Notes: generated by a model from the letters alone, not told the origin. Counted from the stretch's first letter, positions 15,603-26,533 are shown. The stretch is 40,277 bases of DNA from Macrostomum lignano (GCA_002269645.1 NIVC01001786.1:1-40277), one strand, 5' to 3'. Numbers and translations: made by a program.

Positions 15603-15808
15603 CTGAGCAGCTCACTCAGTGACCCGGGTGAGGATAGCTGAGCAGCTCACTCAATGACCCGGGTGAGGATAGCTGAGCAGGTCACTCATTGACCCGGGTG
15701 AGGATAGCTGAGCAGCTCACTCAATGACCCGGGTGAGGATAGCTGAGCAGCTCACTCATTGACCCGGGTGAGGATAGCTGAGCAGCTCACTCAATGACCC
15801 GGGAGTCA
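15603..15808. repeat. 35-bp minisatellite (GAGCAGCTCACTCAATGACCCGGGTGAGGATAGCT), ~6 copies
   Basis: Tandem units; same family as the 19066-19455 array. Confidence 0.93.
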
Positions 15809-15897
15809 GTAGCTGAGTACCTACCCTCTCCTACTGTCTTAATTCTTGTGTCTCAACTTTCTAGAAAAAATCGGCCTTCAAAAAATCCCCCAACGTT

Positions 15898-16124
15898 TCA
15901 CGAGTGCTTTGGCTCTCTTTTCATTGCCCATTTTACTAGCAAAATATGAGCGCGGACTTCAGGCTCCGTTGAATCGATATCCATCCCTTCTTCACGGTGT
16001 CTAGCAATTACGTCATCAACAGTTGTCGTACAAGAGGCTCGAACCTGGTCCCTTTGAAATTGAGTTGGCAAGTGGCGAACCCTGTGTTGTGGCGTGATCT
16101 CTTGAACCTCATCTAACAACAGCT
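15898..16124 (-). CDS. Putative isolated coding exon, possibly death-domain-like
   Basis: Acceptor-like CTTTTGCTTATCAG on the - strand, then non-repetitive open frame LLDEVQEITPQHRVRHLPTQ...EVRAHILLVKWAMKREPK. The 'E.A..LL.KW..+' segment resembles death-domain helix 5. No partner exons identified. Confidence 0.3.
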
Positions 16125-16640
16125 CTGATAAGCAAAAGTGACATTCGATATAGATAAAACGGACAAATCACTCAATTATGTCATTGATAGTGTGCTCATG
16201 TTCTGTATTTTATACTCAATCATGACGTCATCTGTATGGGCACTTTTTATCTTTTGTCTCAGCTTCCGCTTTTGCGTTCCCTTGTGTAAACAAGCTTCTC
16301 AAATTACTTTCTTGAACAACTGTTGACTCAAGCAGATAAAGCGATTAGTTATTTTAAACACACATGAAAGTAATTGAGTTGGTCAGAATAGTTTATTATT
16401 AGCAAATAAGTATACTAGTAAGTTTTTTGGATATTTACTGAATAGCATTGAACAAACACGCAATTGATAGACATGCAAATCTCTACAACGGTGTGTATAG
16501 CAAGCATTAATTTAATGTACATTTGAATGTCAAAACTATTTATTTACAGGCTTATCACAGACGTCGCTTTCAACGCAAAAAAATAACTTCGCTACAAAAC
16601 AATGATTGAGATTAAACGAGTAGAGAGATAGAGTTGCCTT

Positions 16641-17105
16641 CTACCAGGGTCGCCAGATCGAACCTTGACAGTTGTGGGACTGCGCCTGCTGCGGACGTTG
16701 ATGCTGCTGTGATGCAGCCGCTGGTTGACGGTTGCCAACATCAGCCAAAGCTGGTCGCTGCTGCTTCTGCTGCTGTTGCTGCTGCTGCTGCCCAGTCCTG
16801 GCTCCCAGGTAAGCCAGCGTCATCTCCAAGATGTCCAGCTTCTCCAGCTTCTGCGCCTGAGCTGGCGACATGTCTCGGCCGAGTTCGCTTGCTAGCAGCA
16901 CAGTCTTGAGCTGCTCCAGGCAGTCGTTGATCCTCGCTCGCCGTTTGCGCTCCATCAGCTGTTTGGCCAATCGCCGATCCCCAATCTGTGAGTCCTCTGT
17001 AGCAGCTGCGAGCGAGTGCAGCATGTCTGCTGACTCCTTTTCTGCTTTTCGACTACGAAGATTGCTCCGATGCGATTTCTGCTTCTGCTGTTGCTGCTGT
17101 TGCAT
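16641..17105 (-). CDS. HES: Intronless HES/hairy/E(spl)-type bHLH repressor with C-terminal WRPW, 154 aa, no Orange domain
   Basis: ATG to TAG ORF with bHLH RRLAKQLMERKRRARINDCLEQLK...KLEKLDILEMTLAYL and terminal WRPW (Groucho/TLE-binding). TATA-like box upstream and AATAAA downstream on the - strand. Confidence 0.92.
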   Translation of the reverse strand: MQQQQQQKQKSHRSNLRSRKAEKESADMLHSLAAATEDSQIGDRRLAKQLMERKRRARINDCLEQLKTVLLASELGRDMSPAQAQKLEKLDILEMTLAYLGARTGQQQQQQQQKQQRPALADVGNRQPAAASQQHQRPQQAQSHNCQGSIWRPW

Positions 17106-17190
17106 GATGTAGTAATTTAATAAAGAACAATAAGTATTATAGAATATAGAAGTTTTTCAAGATTTATCCAAGTCTTTTGATTTGGAGTGT

Positions 17191-17405
17191 TCTTTATATA
17201 ACATCGGACCCACTCCAGGCCCCAACCCCCCGCCCTCCCACCCAAACCCAGCGGGGGTCCGCATTCTTTGGCGCGAGTTTTGCCACCCCCACTCTCTCTC
17301 TCGCCAATAGCAGCCAATAGGAATCGAGGAGACGAATTGGCCCCACCGCGGCTCCGCGCGCCAGTTGCGTCACACTGCCACCGGCAGGCAAGACAGAAAC
17401 ACGCG
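17191..17405 (-). promoter_or_regulatory. Probable proximal promoter of the HES gene
   Basis: TATATAAAGA on the - strand (17191-17200) ~90 nt upstream of the ATG; TTTGGCGCG (E2F-like, 17267-17275); CCAAT boxes at 17304, 17314 and 17336 (reverse); CACGCG class-C box at 17400-17405; CpG/GC-rich. Confidence 0.5.
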
Positions 17406-17940
17406 CGGTTCTCCATTCCACTAACTCTCTTGCCTATAATCCCTATTTCTATTCTCTTCCCAAGCCTTGAGGCAAATCCAATGATGACATCGGGGTTCAG
17501 CGTCAGCTCCTGCAAACACCTATGTTATACATTTTCACCTATTATTATATACTGTTTGACTTGACTTGGGTGTCATCGACCGGACAGGAAGGGAATGAGA
17601 AATTAACACTTGAGGGATTAAAACTGGCCCTGCAAGAATTAAGAGACAGGGTTTGTCTCATCAGACAGGCGAAACAATGCGAGGACCGGATCGTAGCGCG
17701 CGTTTTTTATCCCAAAATTGATGGCCTTCAGTCAGAGCTGCTATACTTCTCTTAAATGCCCCCACCCACCCACGTCTCACAGTGGTCCCGCTGTGAGCAG
17801 GGTAATTGTTGGCCCTGCTTAAGTGATTCCTTTCTTGGATATTTTATTAGTTTAATCGATTCTCGTTGAAATTCAATTGTAAACACTTGGAGCTTCATGG
17901 TAGAACTTGGCCATTGGGTGTTTTAACATCCATGACTTAG

Positions 17941-18550
17941 ATTCTTGTGTCTCAGCTATGACCCATTGGATTCTTGTGTCTCAGCTATGACCCATTGGAC
18001 TATTGTGTCTCAACTATGACCTATCGGATTTTTGTGTCTCAACTATGATCCATTGGATTTTTGTGTCTCAACTATGACCCATTGGATTATTGTGTCTCAG
18101 CTATGACCCATTGGACTATTGTGTCTCAACTATGACCTATCGGATTTTTGTGTCTCAACTATGATCCATTGGATTTTTGTGTCTCAACTATGACCCATTG
18201 GATTATTGTGTCTCAACTATGACCCATCCGATTATATTGTCTCAACTATGATCCATCGGATTTTTGTGTCTCAACTATGACCCATTGGATTATTGTGTCT
18301 CAACTATGACCCATCCGATTATATTGTCTCAACTATGACCCATCGGATTATTGTGTCTCAGCTATGACCCATTGGATTATTGTGTCTCAGCTATGACCCA
18401 TTGGATTATTGTGTCTCAGCTATGACCCATTGGATTATTGTGTCTCAGCTATGACCCATTGGATTATTGTGTCTCAACTATGACCCATCGGATTATTGTG
18501 TCTCAACTATGATGCATTGAAGTATTGAGTCTCATCTATGATCCATTTGA
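17941..18550. repeat. 29-bp minisatellite (TTGTGTCTCAACTATGACCCATTGGATTA), ~20 copies
   Basis: Tandem units with point variants. Confidence 0.95.
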
Positions 18551-19065
18551 CTCTTGAGTCTCATATATGAGCGACCTAAGGTTCTGCAGTTTATAATTTC
18601 ATTTAGTATGACAAGTTTCGACTGGAAATCTCAGTATTATCACTCGTAATAATCTCAGAACTAACAAATAATAGTAATAATAATAATAATAAAAATGCGC
18701 TAAAACCTTTGACATGGCGCGTTTACAACTAATTTTCACAGGGAACCCGGCTCGTTGGCGGCTAGCTTTGATTTCAGCAGCTAATTGTTCCTAAATATCT
18801 AGAATGGCTGCAATATTTAATCGCGCGATCAACAGATTTAGCCTAACTTATGCTCAGCGGGGGGTTTGCATGGCTGTTATCAACAGGCGCCGCGTCTCTT
18901 TGATGATGCCGACGCCAAAACCAACTCTTTTACTTGAAAGTTGATTCTGTTTAATATCGGATTTTTGGTGGCACGATGACGCTTGGAGGGAAAACATCAA
19001 AGGGTTTGTTTTGTAAAGTAATAAACAGCCCCCACTGCTGGCTCTATGACAGAGTGACGCGGTAG

Positions 19066-19455
19066 AGGGTAGCTGAGCAGCTCACTCAATGACCCGGTAG
19101 AGGGTAGCTGAGCAGCTCACTCAATGACCCGGGAGTCAGTAGCTAAGCAGCTCACTCAATCACCCGGGAGTCAGCAGCTGAGCAGCTCACTCAATGACCC
19201 GGGAGTCAGCAGCTGAGCAGCTCACTCAATCACCCGGGAGTCAGCAGCTGAGCAGCTCACTCAATCACCCGGGAGTCAGCAGCTGAGCAGCTCACTCAAT
19301 CACCCGGGAGTCAGCAGCTGAGCAGCTCACTCAGTCACCCGGGAGTCAACAGCTGAGCAGCTCACTCAATCACCCGGGAGTCAGCAGCTGAGCAGCTCAC
19401 TCAGTCACCCGGGAGAGGGTAGCTGAGCAGCTCACTCAATCACCCAACTGAGCAC
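19066..19455. repeat. 35-bp minisatellite (CAGCTGAGCAGCTCACTCAATCACCCGGGAGTCAG), ~10 copies
   Basis: Tandem units sharing GCTGAGCAGCTCACTCAAT(G/C)ACCCGGG with 15603-15808. Confidence 0.93.
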
Positions 19456-20149
19456 CCAAAGAAGATGAGTTTTTTCAAATTATTTAACAACATCCGGTTG
19501 TTTTATAGTCGCGTGCTGTTTCACCTGTCATTTTGCGCAATTTCGAATTCCGTCTCAATTGTTTATTGATGATGAGGCCAGGTATTACAGCTGTCTTATG
19601 CAAATCTGTGTCACTGACACAGGACGCACAACAAGGAGGTTAATTGAGTTATAGGGAGTGACATGCCAAGCAGAGGTAATTAACTGTTCGGGCTGTATAT
19701 TTTGTGTGTTTCAGTTTGATCCTGGGACAAAATAACATTACATAGCAAGCCATCAAAAACACGCAGCAAAGAACTGCGCCTCAAGTTGCGTCATCTCCCG
19801 CCGACTGACGCAACTTCGCTCCCCTCGAACCTACCCCGAATCCCCGCGGGTCGAACTAGACGGGAGCTGCTTTGGCGAACAAACTCTCCAACTCTCGATT
19901 CTACGAAGTATTGAGAGATTTAAAAAGAGGGTGGGAAAGCTGCCCAATGAAATGCCAGATTTTGGCTTACGAGGGCCAGTTATCTCTTATCTAACTATTT
20001 GCCTTGACTGCCATTAAATACCCGTGTCATTTTCCTTCTATTGCGATGCGCGTGTGTTTGGTTATGCCATTAGTACTGAGTACCTGTCTAGGCCTCTGAT
20101 ATGCTATGAGTTCTCTTCTCTAACCCCATTCCTGCCTATCTCACTCTGC

Positions 20150-20167
20150 TGATGTCTCTCCTTCTCA

Positions 20168-20207
<40 letters not shown>

Positions 20208-20250
20208 GTCTCTCACTCTCACTCTCCCCCTCTCACTCTCCGCCTCTCAA

Positions 20251-20284
<34 letters not shown>

Positions 20285-20640
20285 TCCCTCTGACTCTCCG
20301 CCTCTCACTCTCACTCTCCCCCTCTCACTCTCTGTCTCTCACTCTCACTCTCCCCCTCTCACTCTCCCCCTCTCACTCTTTCCCTCTCACTCTCCCCCTC
20401 TCACTCTCACTCTCCCCCTCTCACTCTCCGCCTCTCCCTCTCGCTATCTCCCTCTTCCTCTCTCCCTCTCCCTCTCTCCTTCTCCCTCTCTCCCTCTCAC
20501 TCTCTCCCTCTCACTCTCTCCCTTTCGCTCTCTCCTTCTCGCTCTCTCCTTCTCGCTCTCTCTATCTCTCTCTCCCTCTCTCTCTTCCTCTCTCCCTCTC
20601 GCTCTCTCCCTCTCCCTCTCTCCCGCCTACTCTCTTTCTC
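20150..20640. repeat. CT-rich low-complexity / (CTCACT)n microsatellite tract
   Basis: Nearly pure pyrimidine strand. ORF 20152..20763 is LTLT/SLSL periodic. Confidence 0.95.
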
Positions 20641-21244
20641 CCAGGTGTTTCTCCCACCAGCTCTATCGAAATTAAAGGAGATCATAACCCTGCCCCAGAA
20701 AGTCACCATGCCTTCGATTGCAAGCCAAGCCACACAATTAAAAATGGACAAATATTAATTTGACCGGGATTATAAACTGGAACTCAAAAACATCACAGGA
20801 CAAATGGGTTAAACGAAAACTCAGCGTATTGACAACTGCAAACCCAAGGTCACGTGACCCTCAATTGCCTCTGTCAAGCTACTCATTATAGCTAGCCAGC
20901 CACCGGACAATCCGTCTTATTTTAATCTGGCAGAGTCAGAGAGCCAGTCGAATGTGGGCTGACTTGCACGTGTTCATCTTAATTAGCTTGAGTAGTTTAA
21001 GCTAGTTTGAGCTCGACTTACCTGTGCTGTTTGTTTACTTACCTTTATCCCCACCGCTAAGATCTCAAAAATAATCAATAGTTCCGTATCCTGGCAATTA
21101 AAATTGAATTAGGAAGCTAGGGCATTAGTATGAAAACTGACGCGTTTTGAGTGGACACTAATCAATCAAGCTGACCTCAGTGAATCTTCCAATCGGTTTG
21201 TGGCTTTAGTGGCAGTTGTTCCATGACTCTTGATTAGTTTATAA

Positions 21245-21805
21245 CTCTCGCAATGATTCTATGACCCTCATAATGATTCTATGACAGTCGCAATGATTCA
21301 ATGACACTCACAATGATTATATGACCCTCCCAATGATTCTATGACCCTCACAATGATTTTATAACCCTCACAACGATTATATGGCTCCCGCAATGATTCT
21401 ATGACCTCACAATGATTATATGACCCTCACAATGATTATATGACCCTTACATTGATTCTATGACTCCCGCAATGATTCGATGACCCTCACAATGATTCTA
21501 TGACCCTCACAACGATTATATGACTCCAGCAATGATTCTATGACCTCACAATGATTCTATGACCCTCACAATGATTATATGACCCTCACAATGATTCTAT
21601 GACTCCCGCAATGATTCGATGACCCTCACAATGATTCTATGACCCTCACAATGATTTTATGACCCTCACAACGATTATATGGCTCCCGCAATGATTCTAT
21701 GACCTCACAATGATTATATGACCCTCACAATGATTATATGACCCTTACATTGATTCTATGACTCCCGCAATGATTATATGACTCCCGCAATGATTCTATG
21801 ACCTC
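21245..21805. repeat. 20-bp minisatellite (CAATGATTCTATGACCCTCA), ~28 copies
   Basis: Tandem units with variants. Confidence 0.95.
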
Positions 21806-22033
21806 CTCGATTGCAATTTTTTTACTCTCTCAATGACCCATTCTATCATTATCAAGTCATTTTCTGTATTATTCTGTTGGATAAATCGATGCTACGTTAA
21901 TATTTTATAATTCCCAACATAAATGCTACTGCCAAGTAGTGGGAAGCGCCTATTTTCTGTTCTTTACTGCCATTCAATGTCACAATATAAGCCCATTCCC
22001 TACGAGCCTCGGCATCTCAGCTTTCCCCACTTG

Positions 22034-22034
<1 letters not shown>

Positions 22035-22105
<71 letters not shown>
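22035..22105. repeat. (CAA)n tract, distal part of the RTE (GTT)n tail and 5' flank of the Ingi-like element
   Basis: About 24 perfect CAA units between the TSD copy (22025-22033) and the first base of the inner element. Confidence 0.95.
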
Positions 22106-22203
22106 CCCGTCCTATGACCTGGCGGCCTCTCGTAGACCTAAACATAGGGATACTCGGCGGACGGGAGCCGGAGACCACTCCGGACAAACGAACAGCTGGG
22201 TCA
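22106..22203 (+). ncRNA. Candidate HDV-like self-cleaving ribozyme at the element 5' end (non-canonical L3)
   Basis: P1 CCCGTCC 22106-12 / GGACGGG 22159-65; P2 TGACCTGGC 22115-23 / GCTGGGTCA 22195-203; P3 GCC 22125-27 / GGC 22156-58; P1.1 CT 22129-30 / AG 22166-67; P4 CCGGAG / CTCCGG 22168-83; CGAA at 22189-92. Folded by eye only. Confidence 0.4.
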
Positions 22204-22244
22204 ACTCGGAAAACCTGGGGATAGAAAGAAGTTATTACAACAGG

Positions 22245-25200
22245 ATGGAAGCGGAAGAACCGGAGCTCAGAACGGGCTGGCGAGCGAGTGAAGTCATCCC
22301 AGTGGCTAGTGACGTAGAGAGAAATCCAGGCCCCTGCGCCAAATGTGGCAAGGTGCTCACTTCGGGGCAAACCCCCACCAACTGCACGGAGTGCGATCGA
22401 GTGTTCCATGGATCGTGCACAGGGCTCACCCGTGGCATCCAAAAGAAAGTCAGAGAAGCAAATAGAGAGTGGCGCTGCCCCCATTGCACCCTGGACAGAG
22501 AATGGGAGAAGGAAGACGCCGACGAAGACCGTAAGCGGTGGGAAGCAGCGGCGGAGGAAATCAAAAACGGTGAGAGGTGTGCAGCACCGGGCTGCAAGAG
22601 CAAACTCAAAGTGACGAAGGTTATTGCGCGCTGCAAAGAGTGCATGGGCCTCTTCCACAACAAGTGCACTCGTGCTAGCAGAGCCTGTTTGGATGGCGAA
22701 GTGAGGAGAGGCCTCTGGACCTGTATGCACTGTCTAAACCGCCTGGTCAGGATGGCGGAGGAGAAAGCAGCGACAGAAGAACCGAGTTCTACCTGTGGAG
22801 CGAGTAAAGGATGGAAAAAAGAACCCAGGAGGTTCCTGCGAATATTGCAGTGGAATGCTGATGGAATTAACACCAAGAGAGCCGAGTTGGAGGGCTTCCT
22901 GGAGGCCCACGATATCGACGTGGCTGTTATTCAAGAATCTAAGCTCTGTGAAAATAGCGAGACTCCACGCTTTAGAGGCTATACCACCCTGCGAAAAGAC
23001 CGTCTAGAAATCAGGCGGAGTGAAAGAGCTAAGGGAGGAGGCCTCATCACGCTTGTCAAGCACAACATCCCGTTCAAACGTCTGCTGGCGTGGAAGGGAG
23101 GCGTCACGGAAGGCATGAGAACGGTTATCGATCTCAACAAGAAAGAGCGTGTCGTAGTCACCAATGTATACCGCCCTCCAGTCAGAAGCGTGGAAGGAGA
23201 GGATGCAAGAGAGAGCGAAGAGGTCTGGAGTTGGATGCGTCCCGACAGCCGCGAGATTGTCCTTGGAGATTTCAACCTGCATGCGGAGGAATGGGGAGCC
23301 ACCCCAGACCAGAGCGCCTTGGACCGTAGAGACTCAAGGGAGCTGCTGGACTGGATTGCCGAGTTCGACTATCAGATCCTAAACGACGGCGCGGCCACGC
23401 GTACGGACTGGAGGACCGGCAACGACAGCGTCCCAGACGTATCCCTGGCGGCTTCAAACCTGGGGGTACGCTGTCAATGGGAAGTCACCCGCGGCCTCAG
23501 CTCCGATCACCACCCCATCATCATCACTGTGGCGACGGAGCGGGAAGTTAGGGACAGTCGAATACGGCTGGCTTGGGCGTGGAAGAAAGCGGATTGGTCG
23601 TCTTTCAGAAAAAAGTGCGCTGAAGCGTTTGAGGCCACCCGAGCGGATCCATTGCGCAGGAGACCAAAGACCTTAGTAGAGCGATGGTGCAGGCAGCTGA
23701 AGAGGGAGTGCCTAAAAAGAAAGTGTCAAGGCGGAACATGCCCTTTTGGGACGAGGAGTTGACAGAGATCCAACGTCAGAGAGACGCAGAGACGCGCAGG
23801 GATGAGGACAGCCGCGCGCGTTGGACCGCGGCAAACAAGCAGCTGAACGCGCTGATTAGAGAAAAGAGGCTCAGCTTCTGGAAAGAGCATGTCAAAAACC
23901 TTAAGGAAGGAGACGACGGCAAGAACACCTGGAGAACCATCAAAGCGCTTCACTCGGTTAAAGAGGAGAACATACCGAATGAGATCATCGTGAAAGGAAA
24001 CCATGAAGCGAGGACAGATGAGGAAAAGGCGGCTGTGTTCGTGGACATGTACGCAGGAAACAGCAAGGTCAAGATTGAGAAAGAGGACAGGAAGCTCCGA
24101 GCCCAGGTGGCAAAAGGACTCCGTGAGTACAATGAAGCTGCCGACTTCGGGGTGCCGTTCGTCATGGAGGAGCTCACGGACGCGCTAGAGCAAATGGCCT
24201 CGGATAAAAAGGGCGGAGTCGATGGCATTGAGGTGCGTTTTCTTAAAAATCTGCCGGACCGGTGTTTGGAAAGATGGCTCAAGTTATTCAATAGAAGTTG
24301 GGCGGAGCATCTCTGCCCCGGTACGTGGAAGAAGGCAGAGATAATCCCGCTTTTGAAATCCGGAAAAGATCCGAAGAAACGGGAGTCGTACCGCCCAATC
24401 AGCCTCACATCGGCCTGTGCAAAGCTGATGGAGCGCATGGTGACAAACCGCCTCTATTTCTGGATGGAAGAGAACAAGATCATTAAGAGCTGGCAGGCGG
24501 GCTTCCAGAGAGGCCGCAGCACCGAGGAACAAGTTATTCGACTTGTCCAGGACATCCAAGACGGATGGGAGGCGAAAAAGCCACTCAAGACCATCGCCAT
24601 AACCCTGGACTGCTCTAAGGCGTACGAGAGGGTATGGAGAGTCAAACTGATAAACAGGTTGATGGAGGAAAGAGCTCCGGCGCACCTGGTTAAATGGTTT
24701 GCCAGCTTTCTGGAGGGTCGTCAGGCAAGAGTTAGAGTCGGAGACGGTCGCAGTAAATGGAGGAGGTTCCAGGAGGGCCTCCCCCAGGGAGCAGTGAGCT
24801 CGCCGGCCCTGTTCCTTCTGTATGCAAACGGCTGGAAGGACCTCGAGGAAAAAGGAGTGGAATATGGAGGATTCGCCGACGACCTGGCTATCTGGACGTC
24901 GGATCAGACCGTTGAAGGCGCCTGTGACCGCATGCAGCGAGCGCTCAACAAGATCGAGCGCTGGGCCCGCGACCTTAAGATCGAACTAAATCCGCAAAAG
25001 TGTGAAGCATGCGTTTTTAGCAGAGCGCCGAAGGATAAGACCATAGACATCGGCCTGAGCATCGCGGGCCACCCCATCGCCACGGTCAGGAAGCTGAAAT
25101 ACCTTGGTGTCACCATCGATGGAGGTCTGACTTTCACCGAGCATACCGACCAGGTGGCCCAAAAGATGAAGCGCAGAGCACGAGCGATCCGGGTCCTGGC

Positions 25201-26533
25201 GAATACCAGCTGGGGGTGGAGGACGGCTGACCTGCTGCTGGTGTACAAGAGCATCGTGGAAAGCTGTGTCTGGTATGGAGCACCGGCGTGGCTCCCCTGG
25301 CTGTCTAGCTCAAATTTTGATAGGCTTGAACGGACCCAAAGGGATTGTCTCAGAGCGGCGGCTGGACTGGTGCGCTCCACGACGATCGAGGCGGTGTACC
25401 TGGAGACCGGAGTCGAACCTATCAGGGATCAAGGCAGGAGGAGAGCGCTGATCGCGTGGGAAAAAGCCTGTCGAGCACCGGAGGGCGACCCGCTTAGGAG
25501 CTGCAGTGAAAAACATGTTACAAGGCGCCTCGCCGCAAATAAAGGCTGGAGGGAACAGGCTAGAGGAGCCTGCCTGGAATGGTCCCAACATCCTCGTGAA
25601 AGTTTTATCCGTAAGAGACATCCGCCCTGGAAAAGGTTGCAGAGAGACGGAGTTGTGATCTCCACGGAGCTGATCCGAGGTGGTAAGAAGGGGGATGAAA
25701 ACCTCTTGGAAGAAGCAGAAGCTACCATCGAGGCTTGCGGTGTCTTCGAAATGCGGCTGTTCACTGACGGCTCTGTGGGCGAGGGGCAGCAAAATGGAGG
25801 AGCGGCGTGTGTGGCCTTCACGGATAACGCCAGAGAAGTCCGTAGAGCGGCGGCGGGTAAGTTCTGCAGTTCGCTGGTGGCGGAAGAAGTGGCGTTAGTG
25901 TTAGCGCTGGATTTTATCGAGGAAAAAAAGCCCCGCAGTGCTCTTATCTGCACGGACAGCAAGTCCGCACTACTTAAACTCAGAGGCGAAAAGACACCCC
26001 TGTCGGCCAGAATGTACAACACCATCGGGAGGCTGCGCTGTGCCAGCCAGAGGACAGAGATCTGGCTACAGTGGATCCCGAGTCATATCGGTATCCAAGG
26101 AAACGAAGAGGCTGACCAGGAGGCAAAGGCGGCTGGAGGGATGTGCCAGGATCACACGGCCATGGACTGGAGTTGCGTCAAGAGGCAGATCCTCAAGAGA
26201 GGTGCCAGCTCGTCCTGTGAAGACAAGAGATTGGAGGCCGTGTTTGGAGAAAAGAGGGTGCTGTGCTCGGTAAACCGTAAAACGGAGGTGTTGATGGCTC
26301 AACTGCGTTGTGGGCACTGCAAGCATACCAGCTATTGGAGGCAGAAGGTGGGCCTGGACCCGGCCGGAAACTGCTCTTTTTGCGACGAAGAAGAATCGAA
26401 AGACCACTGGATGACGTGTAGTAGATGGGACTCTATCAGGATTCGGTGTGGAGTGGAAGGAATAAGATCGCTTCAAGACGAGCCCAAGGTTTTAAAATTC
26501 CTTCAGCTGGCCCACCCTCGGTGGCTCAGCTGA
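22245..26533 (+). pseudogene. LINE polyprotein: 2A peptide, tandem PHD fingers, APE endonuclease, reverse transcriptase, RNase H, CCHC; interrupted by one -1 frameshift near 23633-23655
   Basis: DVERNPGP (22311-22334); C4HC3 PHDs (22335-22487, 22578-22733); APE motifs LQWNADG, IQESK, LGDFNLH, SDHHPI; RT motifs YRPISLTS, GFQRGRST, GLPQGAVSSP, FADDL, KYLGVTID; RNase H FTDGS...AE...TDS...WIPSHIGIQGNEEAD; C-terminal CSFCDEEESKDHWMTC. Confidence 0.92.

Noticed and set aside
23609-23623. In-frame A_AAA_AAG slippery heptamer just upstream of the LINE frameshift
   Set aside because: The -1 frame hits TGA three codons later (AAA GTG CGC TGA), so it cannot link APE to RT. The real shift lies after the stop at 23630.
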